From a candidate division FCPU426 bacterium (GTDB lineage: Bacteria; Oederibacteriota; JAUXIB01), in assembly GCA_030621225.1 (NCBI GenBank), contig JAUXIB010000002.1, positions 48 through 64,047 on the forward strand: DNA of 64,000 nt. Reading direction: 5' to 3'. Positions within the stretch are counted from its first letter, which is position 1. Each line of letters opens with the position of its first letter. A program made the position numbers and the translations under genes. Shown piece after piece: positions 8,424 to 17,231 of this stretch. Under the pieces are notes generated by a model, which was not told the DNA's origin, did no database searches, and saw nothing but the letters and a program-made list of their open reading frames with translations.

Positions 8424-9887
8424 TTAGCCTTTGACTACGCCCAGGGGGCGCATGCGGGCAATTACCCGACAAAGGCCGGACCCGGTCAAAACGTTTATAA
8501 CCTGGTTGATGTCCTTGTAGGCTTCCGGCATTTCTTCGGCCAGGGTGCCGCCCTCTTTGGCGCGAACATGAATTCCCTGTGCCGCCAACTCATCGCTGAT
8601 CCTTCTGCCGCCGGCGCGGCGTCTGGCTTCACCGCGGCTGATGGCACGGCCGGCGCCGTGCGATGCGGAGCAAAAGGTCTCGCGTGCCGCCAGCTCACTG
8701 CCGACCACCAGATAGGAAGCAGTACCCATACTGCCCGGGATCGATACCGGTTGCCCGGTACCCTTCAGGTCCGGCGGCAGATCCGGATGGCCTGCCGGAA
8801 AAACACGCGTTGCCCCCTTGCGGTGAACCAGCAGCTCCTGGCATTTACCGTCCAGCTCGTGCTGCTCCAACTTGGCGACGTTGTGAGAATTATCATACAC
8901 CAGGGACAGTCCCAGTTGATCGTCGTCCGCGCCGAAAAAATCCTCCAACCGCTCCCTTACCCAGTGGGTGATCAGCTGACGGTTCGCCCAACCGTAATTG
9001 GCGGCCGCGGCCATTGCGCCAAAGTAGCGTTGCCCTTGCTCGCTGTCAAAGGGCGCGCAGACTAGCTGGCGGTCGGGCACGGTTATACCATGGCGGCCCA
9101 TCGCCCGGCCGAACTCACGCAGGTAATCCTGGCAAACCTGATGCCCTAGCCCACGGGAACCGGAATGCACCATTACCACCATTTGTCCCGCAAACAGTCC
9201 CCACTTGCCGGCAATCTCGTCATCTACTACTTCCACCACCTCCTGGATCTCCAAAAAGTGATTGCCTGCTCCCAGCGTACCCAACTGGGGCGCGCCCCGT
9301 TCCAGGGCGCGTGGTGATACTGCCGCAGGGTTAGCCGCCCGGTAACAGCCGTTCTCCTCACAGCGCTCTATGTCCGCTTCCAATCCATAGCCTTGCTGCA
9401 CCGCCCAGCGCACCCCCTGCTTTAACACCTTTTCCAGCTCGCCCGCCCCCAGACGCAAGCGCCCCTTGACCCCTACCCCGGCGGGAACGGCGCGACTGAG
9501 TTCGTACACTAATTCCTTGATCCTTCCCGCCACCTGCCGCGCTTCCAGATCGCTACGCAGCAAACGCACGCCGCAATTAATATCATAACCCACCCCACCG
9601 GGGGAGATAACCCCCGCCGCGTTCACATCGACAGCCGCCACGCCGCCGATAGGGAATCCATACCCCCAGTGAATGTCAGGCATGGCCAGCGCGTATTTGA
9701 CGATACCGGGCAGGCAGGCTACGTTCGCCACCTGCTGCGGCGTCATCTCAGCACGAAGGGTATCGGCTATCTCGTCATCGGCAACGATCAGCCCCGGCAC
9801 ACGCATGCCGTCCATGTAGGATTGTGGTATCTGGTATTTATAATCGGAGATCTTTTCCAGCTTGCCTGGGAAGGATTCTTTGGACAT
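8424..9887 (-). CDS. rtcB: RNA 3'-phosphate/2',3'-cyclic-phosphate ligase RtcB
   Basis: 487 aa. GYDINCGVRLL, GAGNHFLEIQ, HSGSRGLGHQV and HRKGATR motifs. Confidence 0.93.
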   Translation of the reverse strand: MSKESFPGKLEKISDYKYQIPQSYMDGMRVPGLIVADDEIADTLRAEMTPQQVANVACLPGIVKYALAMPDIHWGYGFPIGGVAAVDVNAAGVISPGGVGYDINCGVRLLRSDLEARQVAGRIKELVYELSRAVPAGVGVKGRLRLGAGELEKVLKQGVRWAVQQGYGLEADIERCEENGCYRAANPAAVSPRALERGAPQLGTLGAGNHFLEIQEVVEVVDDEIAGKWGLFAGQMVVMVHSGSRGLGHQVCQDYLREFGRAMGRHGITVPDRQLVCAPFDSEQGQRYFGAMAAAANYGWANRQLITHWVRERLEDFFGADDDQLGLSLVYDNSHNVAKLEQHELDGKCQELLVHRKGATRVFPAGHPDLPPDLKGTGQPVSIPGSMGTASYLVVGSELAARETFCSASHGAGRAISRGEARRRAGGRRISDELAAQGIHVRAKEGGTLAEEMPEAYKDINQVINVLTGSGLCRVIARMRPLGVVKG

Positions 9888-9996
9888 TGTCTCGTTGCTA
9901 GTCGTCAGTTTACCCTACGAAGCTTCAGCGAAGTAGGGTCACCCGTCATTGGTATTTAGTATCTCGTATCTAGTATCTAGTTGGCCGTCCCGGCAC

Positions 9997-10818
9997 TCAA
10001 GAAAAATTTTTCTCCATCCATTTCACACCGACGTCAACCAAAGATTTAGCATCAAAGAGATATGACTTGGCCATACCAACTTTGCCGGAACGACCCCGGC
10101 TGGACTTAATAAACTGACGCGCTATTTTCGGAAAGTACTCCCCGCCATCCGCGCCCTCAACAATACCACTGTCTGTGTTAAACTCCTCTACTTCAAGCCA
10201 AACACGCCTGCCCTTGCGTTTTAACGGGACCTTGTAACGAACGATCTTCTTGTCCGGTAAGTCAGCCATGTGCTCGGCGTAATGAAGTAAAGTAATGGTG
10301 TCCAGGGACGCACCAAGCAACAAAACCTTTCCTGCTGACTGATATAATTTTTCCAAGGGCGATCCAGGACCGCAACCATAATTCAAGGGATGGCCTTTGG
10401 TTAACCACTTGGCTTTAGCTCCTACCGCGGCCATTGACGCTTCCGGATTACTGCTGCGATAAGCACCGGGCCAGGTACGCAAGTATTCCGTCAATATACT
10501 CCATTCGCGGAAAGCTCTGGATCTGGCGGGATCAAAAGGAGGGCATTCCAACAAATAAGCTGCTCTCTTCTCTCTTGGCCATTGATCTAATAAGTAAGTA
10601 TCCCCCTCCCAGCAGACATACATCATCAACGTACCTTTCGGCCCAAGAACATCAAGAATCGCCTGGATGACCACATCAGGCCCGCCAACGATCCAACCGA
10701 TGGATTTAACCGAAACATGCAGCATGACCATTTGACCAGAGCGAAGTCCAAGTCCCTTAAGGTCCTTGACCAAACGACTGCGAGTTATTATTGCAGGTCT
10801 TTGTTTTTTAGCACTCAT
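9997..10818 (-). CDS. aminoglycoside N3-acetyltransferase family protein (AAC(3)-like)
   Basis: 273 aa. VMLHVSVKSIGWIVGGPDVVIQAILDVLGPKGTLMMY resembles the Antibiotic_NAT N-terminal region. Confidence 0.8.
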   Translation of the reverse strand: MSAKKQRPAIITRSRLVKDLKGLGLRSGQMVMLHVSVKSIGWIVGGPDVVIQAILDVLGPKGTLMMYVCWEGDTYLLDQWPREKRAAYLLECPPFDPARSRAFREWSILTEYLRTWPGAYRSSNPEASMAAVGAKAKWLTKGHPLNYGCGPGSPLEKLYQSAGKVLLLGASLDTITLLHYAEHMADLPDKKIVRYKVPLKRKGRRVWLEVEEFNTDSGIVEGADGGEYFPKIARQFIKSSRGRSGKVGMAKSYLFDAKSLVDVGVKWMEKNFS

Positions 10819-10869
10819 TGGTTCGTATCGCGCAACTCTGTACGCTATACGCTATACGCTGTACGCACA

Positions 10870-13800
10870 TCAGGCTTTCTCAATATCAACGCGGATCTCG
10901 ACGCCAGCGACCTTAACGACGCCGGCCTTGGCAGAGGGGGTATCCTGCTTCAGCTCCAGACAAAGCAGCTCGCTCTTCAGGTAGTCATGGTACTTATCGA
11001 TCGCCTGTAAAAGCTTTTCGTCCTTGGTATCATAGGTAAGGTGTATGCGGTCTTCAATTTCCAGGCCTACCTCCTTGCGCTGCACCTGCAGCTTACGCAG
11101 CAGGTCACGCATCAACCCCTCGATCGCCAACTCCTCGCTGATGGCCAAGTCCAGCGCGACCCAGCCACTCTTCTCCTCAGCGATATACCATCCCTCGGGG
11201 CTGGCCGATTCGAAGATCAGGTCCCCCTCGTCCAGCTTGAGCTTCTCACCGTCAACTTCCAACTCGAAAGCCGTTTCGCCCTTGCGTTTGGCCGCCACGA
11301 AGTTCTCGCCGTTGAGCTTGATGTACTCGATCACCTGCTTCTTCTTTTCGCCGAACTTCTCGCCCAACGCCTTGAAGTCCGGTTTCACCGTCCATTCCAG
11401 TTCGTTCGCCATGCCCGGTTCTTTGATCTCTACGACCTTGACGTTCAAATCGTCCATCAATAGCTTACTGAACCTCTTCACGGCGGCCACCCCCCGCTTA
11501 TCAACGGGGCAAACGATCAGGCGGCTCAAGGGCTGGCGTACTTTTATCTTTGAGCGCTCGCGCGCGGAAAGGGCCAGGCTGGTCAAGCGCACCAGGTATT
11601 CCATGTCATCATATAGCTGCTTATCCACCAGCTTCATATCCGGGCTCGGATATTCAGTGTGGTGCACACTCTCCGGAGCTTTGTCATCCCAACCACGCAC
11701 GATATTCTGATAGATCTCTTCGGATACAAATGGCATTATCGGCGCCAGTGCCTTACTGACCGTTGCCAAACACTCATAAAGTGTTTCCTGGGCGATGTCA
11801 CAGTCAGCTTCATCCTCTACCTTCCAGAAACGCCGACGACAATGCCGGATGTACCAATTCGAAAGGTCCTCAAAGAACCCCTCCAGTTCAGCGCATACCT
11901 TGCGCGTATTATATTCTTCCATCCCCTTGCGCGCCTCTGCCAGCGTCAATTGCAACTTAGAGATAATCCAGCGGTCAAAATCAGTCCGCTTATCAAGCGG
12001 CGTAGGCTTCGCCGGCGGCTTGAACTCGTTCAAGCGGGCGTAATTGGCGTAAAAGGCGTAGCAGTTCCAGAGCGTATTAAAGAAACGGCCACGCACCTCC
12101 TTGGCCAGGTTATAGCCAAAATTCAAGTTGCTGGTCATCTCGTGCGCGCTAAACAGCCAGCGTAATACGTCAACGCCTACCTTCTCGGCCGCCTCATCGA
12201 ACCAGACAGCGTTGCCCTTGGACTTGTGCATCTCCTCACCCTTCTCGTCGCGCATCAGGGCGTAGCCGACCAGGTTCTTGGCGGGAGGGATATTCTCCAT
12301 CATCGTACTCATCGCCAGCAAGGCGTAGAACCAGTTGCGGAATTGTCCCGGGAAACTTTCCAGGATCAAGTCAGCGGGCATCCATTTCTTCCAGTATTCC
12401 CTGTCCTCAAAATATTTGACCGTAGAGTAAGTGACAATGCCGGCATCCAGCCAGGGGTTACCTACATCCGGGATGCGTCGCGCTTCGCCACCACACTTAT
12501 CGCATTTAATGACTACCTCATCTATCCAGGGACGGTGCGGCGTCTTCCCCGCTAACTTATCCCAGCCGCTGATCGCCTTCTTCTCTAGTTCTTCAATACT
12601 GCCAATAACCTGAAACCCAGAACGAGGTACGTTAGGGTCAGTACACTTATCACACACCCAGATCGGCAGGGCCAACCCCCAGTAACGTTTCTTGGAAATC
12701 ATCCAGTCGCGCATATTCTTGAGCCAGTCCAACTCCAGTTCTTTACCGTAGGATGGTATCCAGTTGACCTGCTTAGCGACATCCGCTATCTTCTGGCGCC
12801 AGTCCATGGAAATAAACCACTCGTCTACCAGGCGGAAGAGCAATTCGGTGCCACAGCGCCAACAGTGCGGATAACTGTGCGGGTATTTATCAGAGTGATA
12901 GAGACGTTTCTTATCCTTCAGGTCTTGCTTGATCTCATCAGCAACATCATGCGCGTTCTTGCCGATATACTTGCCGAAGCCATCAACAAAGTTACCCGCC
13001 TCATCTATCGGCACGATCGAGATTAAATCATGTTTCTGACCTAACTCATAATCCTCTTTACCGCAGCCCGGCGCGATATGCACGATGCCGGTACCTTCAT
13101 CCTCGCTCACTTCGTCCCACGGAATGACTTTATGTCTTGGACTGTACCTCGCTCCACCCGAGGACTTCATTTTGAACCATATATTTGGAGTCGTCAACTC
13201 ATCAAATGGTCCATCATACGCAACCGCATCATCCATCAACTTCTGACCTTTGAACTCCTCGATAACCTTGAACTCTCCGCCAGGCTTCAGCACCTTCTTC
13301 GCCAACTTCTTAGCCAGGATCAGCTTCTCTCCGTTCTGTTCAACCTTAACGTAATCATTTTTCGGATGCACGGCCGCCGCGACATTCGAGGTAAGCGTCC
13401 AGGGGGTTGTCGTCCAGACCAATAGCGAAGTCCCCGCTTCCTCCAGCAATGGGAAACGCACAAACATTGAGGGACTCTTGATCTCTTTGTAGCCCTCGGT
13501 CATCTCGTGCTGAGAGATCCCCGTACCACAGCGCGGACACCAGGGCATCACATCGTGTCCCTTGTAGATATGCCCCTCTTCGTGGCACTTCTTCAAAAAA
13601 CTCCAAATGGCATAGTTGTTACTGTCCGCCATCGTGAAATATGAATTGTCCCAGTCCATCCAAGTACCAAGTCGCACCGACTGCTCAGTCTGGATCTTAG
13701 AGTATTTATCGACTCGCTGTTTGCACTGCTCAACGAACTTATCGACACCATACTTCTCGATATCCTTCTTGCTCTTAAAACCAAGCTCCTTTTCTACCTC

Positions 13801-14082
13801 CACCTCTACCCAGAGCCCCTGGCAATCAAAGCCATTCTGATAGCGTAATTCGCGGCGGTTCATCGCCCAGTAACGCTGGAAAGCGTCTTTCAACGAACGT
13901 CCCCAGGCATGGTGCACCCCCATCGGGTTATTGGCAGTAATTGGCCCATCGAGGAAAGACCAGGACTGCTTGCCCTGGTTTATCTCGCGTAGTTTATCGA
14001 AGGACTTGTTGTCCTTCCAGAACTTGAGAATATCGTTTTCCAGCTTGGGCAGATCAACCCAGCTTTCTACTTTTTTGTACAT
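10870..14082 (-). CDS. ileS: isoleucyl-tRNA synthetase (long, type-2-like)
   Basis: HIGH-region variant PMGVHHAWG, KMSKS variant MHKSKGN, editing-domain insert. Start moved to ATG 14082 (MYKKVESW..., SD AAGGAA); the track adds 32 aa upstream. Confidence 0.95.
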   Translation of the reverse strand: MYKKVESWVDLPKLENDILKFWKDNKSFDKLREINQGKQSWSFLDGPITANNPMGVHHAWGRSLKDAFQRYWAMNRRELRYQNGFDCQGLWVEVEVEKELGFKSKKDIEKYGVDKFVEQCKQRVDKYSKIQTEQSVRLGTWMDWDNSYFTMADSNNYAIWSFLKKCHEEGHIYKGHDVMPWCPRCGTGISQHEMTEGYKEIKSPSMFVRFPLLEEAGTSLLVWTTTPWTLTSNVAAAVHPKNDYVKVEQNGEKLILAKKLAKKVLKPGGEFKVIEEFKGQKLMDDAVAYDGPFDELTTPNIWFKMKSSGGARYSPRHKVIPWDEVSEDEGTGIVHIAPGCGKEDYELGQKHDLISIVPIDEAGNFVDGFGKYIGKNAHDVADEIKQDLKDKKRLYHSDKYPHSYPHCWRCGTELLFRLVDEWFISMDWRQKIADVAKQVNWIPSYGKELELDWLKNMRDWMISKKRYWGLALPIWVCDKCTDPNVPRSGFQVIGSIEELEKKAISGWDKLAGKTPHRPWIDEVVIKCDKCGGEARRIPDVGNPWLDAGIVTYSTVKYFEDREYWKKWMPADLILESFPGQFRNWFYALLAMSTMMENIPPAKNLVGYALMRDEKGEEMHKSKGNAVWFDEAAEKVGVDVLRWLFSAHEMTSNLNFGYNLAKEVRGRFFNTLWNCYAFYANYARLNEFKPPAKPTPLDKRTDFDRWIISKLQLTLAEARKGMEEYNTRKVCAELEGFFEDLSNWYIRHCRRRFWKVEDEADCDIAQETLYECLATVSKALAPIMPFVSEEIYQNIVRGWDDKAPESVHHTEYPSPDMKLVDKQLYDDMEYLVRLTSLALSARERSKIKVRQPLSRLIVCPVDKRGVAAVKRFSKLLMDDLNVKVVEIKEPGMANELEWTVKPDFKALGEKFGEKKKQVIEYIKLNGENFVAAKRKGETAFELEVDGEKLKLDEGDLIFESASPEGWYIAEEKSGWVALDLAISEELAIEGLMRDLLRKLQVQRKEVGLEIEDRIHLTYDTKDEKLLQAIDKYHDYLKSELLCLELKQDTPSAKAGVVKVAGVEIRVDIEKA

Positions 14083-14256
14083 TGGTTCCTTTGAATTCAA
14101 GGCGCCATCGTAACATAGAAGCGGTGTGCGGTCAATCGTCTCGTAGCGCAGACAGAGTACAGCAAAACCCCTCGACAAGAAGATTCAGGCCCACGCCATA
14201 CAAAACAATGGAGAGATAAAAAGAAGTAAGAAGTATGAAACATGAAGGCGACCTGG

Positions 14257-17142
14257 CTACTCAAAAGCCGAAAAATCCAAACCGCCGGATTTGCCGTCCT
14301 CGTCTTTGGTTGATGGTGACGCATCAGACTGCGGTTCGGCAGGCTCAGGAACAGCGCTGGAAATAGGGGCTTCCGAAACCTCCGGAGGCTCGCCGGGGTC
14401 CTCAAAGGCAGCCGCATTAAAACCAATGTCATCCACCTCCGCGGACTGAGCAAAAGCAGCCGGATCAAAAGCCGATGCCCCGTCTCCCTCCTGGGTAGCG
14501 ACAGCTTCCGGCGTTTCCACCACCGTCTCCACTGTTCCCACCTCGCTGGGCTGCTCAAACGCGGCCGGATCAAAAACAGACTCAGTTTTTCCAGCAGTAG
14601 TCTCGCCAACCTCCGGCGTCTCCCCGGTCGGCACGATCGCCTCCGTTGCCTCGGCAATTGCCGCCTCTAAATCACCGCCATCGTTACCAACATCAAGCAC
14701 GGTATCTACCGACTCCTGCAAACCTTCCTGCCCATCGGACACTACAGGGGTCTCTATGTCAGCCAAAGGAGAGGTTTCCTCTCCAGTCGACTCAGGAGCC
14801 ACCGATAGAGTATCCAGACCAGGCATACTTTCCGCTGCCGCCGCAGGTGTTGCTTCCACCTCACCCATATCGAGCAACGTCGTTGTCTGAAAGCCCGCGG
14901 GCGCCATACCGGTCGCTTCCCCGACCGGCGGGTTGATATCCAATATCTCCACTTGGTCCGGCGACGGCCTTTCTTTTCCGGCATCAGCATCATCGCCAGC
15001 AATCCCCCTGGCTATCTCCTCCATCCCGGGAATACTGACAGCCGGAGCCGCCTCCGCCATCGGCTCAGAAGTTAACGGTTCCTGAGGATCAACGCCCACC
15101 GCTGTTTTGGACTGCATATCAGCCAGCGGTAAAGTAATCACAAATTCCACCCCGCCTCCAGTAGGCGCCTCAACTACGGCTCCACCACCGTGGGCTTCTA
15201 TTATCATCCTGGCCATAGGCAGCATCAATCCACTACCGGCAAACACGCTCTCCTGCCCCTGGTAGTCATGAAAAATACTTTGCTCCAGCCCGTCCGCCGG
15301 CTGTATCCCAAAGAAACGCGCCCGTAAAACAGCGTTATCTTCTTCTCTGGCACTGCTGAAAATAATATTCCCAGAAGCGGCGGATGCTCTGACCCCAGCC
15401 TCGAACATCAGGCGCAGTGCGTGGGCTAGCTTACCCTTATCCACCTCCGCCTCCAGTTTTTCCTCAACAAGATTCTGTTCGTTGTCGATCCCTCTGGCCT
15501 CCGCCTGTGCCCCTGCGTCTAAAATAACGCCGCCCATTATTTCGTTCAGATCTTCTTTTTTTCTGACGCCCAGTGTTTCCAGAGAGCAATATTCTTGCAC
15601 CTCGCTAACCAATTTTTCCAGCCCGGCACTCTTGCCTACCAGCTCACTCAGAATACGACTCCGCTCCTCTGGTGTCGCCTCCTCCGCACCAAGCGAATTA
15701 TTAAGGAACTCCTTCAATTCGCCCAGCACGCTGTCCATATCGCCCATTATTTCAACTACAGCACTGTCTTTCAACTTCGCAGCCCCTTTTGTTTCACCAC
15801 CCGAGCGACGTAATTTTTCTAATTCACCCTGTAAACCAACGACTTTTTCCTCAGACTTTTTCTTGTCCTGACGCAAAGTCTCCGAAACCACCCGCAAAGC
15901 ATCCAGCTCCTTCAGTTTCTCCTCCAATCTCTCCCGGTGTTTTTCCAGTTCCTGCTGCAACTCTACATCCCCCGCGCCAATGCCAACCGCCGCTTCGCTT
16001 CCCGCTAGCTCTGCCAGGTCTTTTTCCATTCCCTGGCGCGTTGAGGTTAGTAGCCCCTGAATGTCCCCCAGGAGTTCTCCCAATTCACCCTCCGCTTGCT
16101 CCTCTAAATCAGTTCCCCCGACGCGCGCCTCTTTGAGCCTGCGGCCGAGCTCCTGGTAAGGACGCGTCCCCCAGAGAGACACGAACGGCACGATGAATAA
16201 TATCACCAGCAAAAACAGTAGGGGAATGGCCAGGGCCTGCCTTGTCAGGAATTGACGGTAAAAAGGTAGCCGTTTCACCGACGCTGGCCCCTCCTCCACC
16301 GGGACCAGTATCCCCACCCCCCAGTCAGCAACCTTCAAGGGGGAATATGAAATGACACAGGTATTCCCCTGGTAATAAGTCACTCGGTATCCGGCCACCT
16401 TCGCCGCCAAATCGGTCATCACGTCACTTAGATAGGGTAGATCATCCTGATTGAAAGGCTTGAAAATCAGCTTTTTATCCTGGTGAGCGATATAGAATTT
16501 CTCGCGGTTGACAAGAAACGCCTTGCCGCCATCCTCGGCCTTAACCTTGGTTAGGAAAGACTGCAAATTGATAACGGCACGCAAGGCAAAACGTTTTCCT
16601 TTTTTGGTGATGCCGACCAGATACGCCGCTTCCGATCCCCGCGGCGCCTGGTGCACCTCTCCCAACGCTTTACCCCAGCCACCCTCATAGAGACGGCGGA
16701 ATCCCAACGTATCAGCCAGATTGTCTCTCGCTTTCAGGCGCTTCTTATCCAAGGGATAAAGATTTATCAGCGTACCCTTGCTATTTACCACCTCGAGACG
16801 GGTTGTCTCCGGATTGTTTACTACGAACTTCTTGAGCAACGCCTCCTGCTCCTTGATATTCATAGTACCGATGACGTGTTTCTTTTTCCCCAGACGGCGT
16901 AATTCCCGTTCTATTTCAGCGAAGCGCTTATTGATGTTAAAAGCCGTCTTGCCGGCAAGCCGCTGGTTAACCTGACCTCTTCCCCGCAATGCCCGGTTAC
17001 GCTCCTCCAGCTTATTCTCCATCTTTAGCGTCATCTCCTGCTCAAAGCGCAGAACATGACGCAAGTTGATAACCAAAACGATAAAGATGGGCAACGCGGC
17101 CAAAAACAACAACGCTAATGTTAATTTCGCGCGCATTCTCAT
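14257..17142 (-). CDS. membrane sensor-like protein: TM-Cache-TM-HAMP-coiled coil-degenerate HisKA/HATPase core plus a 284-aa acidic disordered tail
   Basis: 961 aa. Two TM segments flank a Cache-like periplasmic region. HAMP-like GELGELLGDIQGLL. G2-like GSGLMLPMARMIIEAHGG. No H-box His, N-box Asn or DxGxG is visible. The tail is rich in E/P/A/T. Confidence 0.7.
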   Translation of the reverse strand: MRMRAKLTLALLFLAALPIFIVLVINLRHVLRFEQEMTLKMENKLEERNRALRGRGQVNQRLAGKTAFNINKRFAEIERELRRLGKKKHVIGTMNIKEQEALLKKFVVNNPETTRLEVVNSKGTLINLYPLDKKRLKARDNLADTLGFRRLYEGGWGKALGEVHQAPRGSEAAYLVGITKKGKRFALRAVINLQSFLTKVKAEDGGKAFLVNREKFYIAHQDKKLIFKPFNQDDLPYLSDVMTDLAAKVAGYRVTYYQGNTCVISYSPLKVADWGVGILVPVEEGPASVKRLPFYRQFLTRQALAIPLLFLLVILFIVPFVSLWGTRPYQELGRRLKEARVGGTDLEEQAEGELGELLGDIQGLLTSTRQGMEKDLAELAGSEAAVGIGAGDVELQQELEKHRERLEEKLKELDALRVVSETLRQDKKKSEEKVVGLQGELEKLRRSGGETKGAAKLKDSAVVEIMGDMDSVLGELKEFLNNSLGAEEATPEERSRILSELVGKSAGLEKLVSEVQEYCSLETLGVRKKEDLNEIMGGVILDAGAQAEARGIDNEQNLVEEKLEAEVDKGKLAHALRLMFEAGVRASAASGNIIFSSAREEDNAVLRARFFGIQPADGLEQSIFHDYQGQESVFAGSGLMLPMARMIIEAHGGGAVVEAPTGGGVEFVITLPLADMQSKTAVGVDPQEPLTSEPMAEAAPAVSIPGMEEIARGIAGDDADAGKERPSPDQVEILDINPPVGEATGMAPAGFQTTTLLDMGEVEATPAAAAESMPGLDTLSVAPESTGEETSPLADIETPVVSDGQEGLQESVDTVLDVGNDGGDLEAAIAEATEAIVPTGETPEVGETTAGKTESVFDPAAFEQPSEVGTVETVVETPEAVATQEGDGASAFDPAAFAQSAEVDDIGFNAAAFEDPGEPPEVSEAPISSAVPEPAEPQSDASPSTKDEDGKSGGLDFSAFE

Positions 17143-17231
17143 CGGTTAATTATCCTCATAAACCAGTTAATCATCTAGCGCACATCTAGTATAACTCACT
17201 ATTATTCAATCACAACCAACTATTCACAAGT

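Noticed and set aside
14083-14256. T-box or other leader upstream of ileS.
   Set aside because: No T-box consensus (AGGGTGGNACCGCG-like) or specifier-loop architecture is visible. It is only a ~170-nt spacer shared with the upstream gene's stop.
14097-14657. 186-aa Arg-rich minus-strand ORF.
   Set aside because: An alternative frame of the acidic tail of the 961-aa sensor-like gene, running into the ileS upstream region. The Arg/Leu/Pro-rich translation is the mirror of an E/A/P-rich coding frame.
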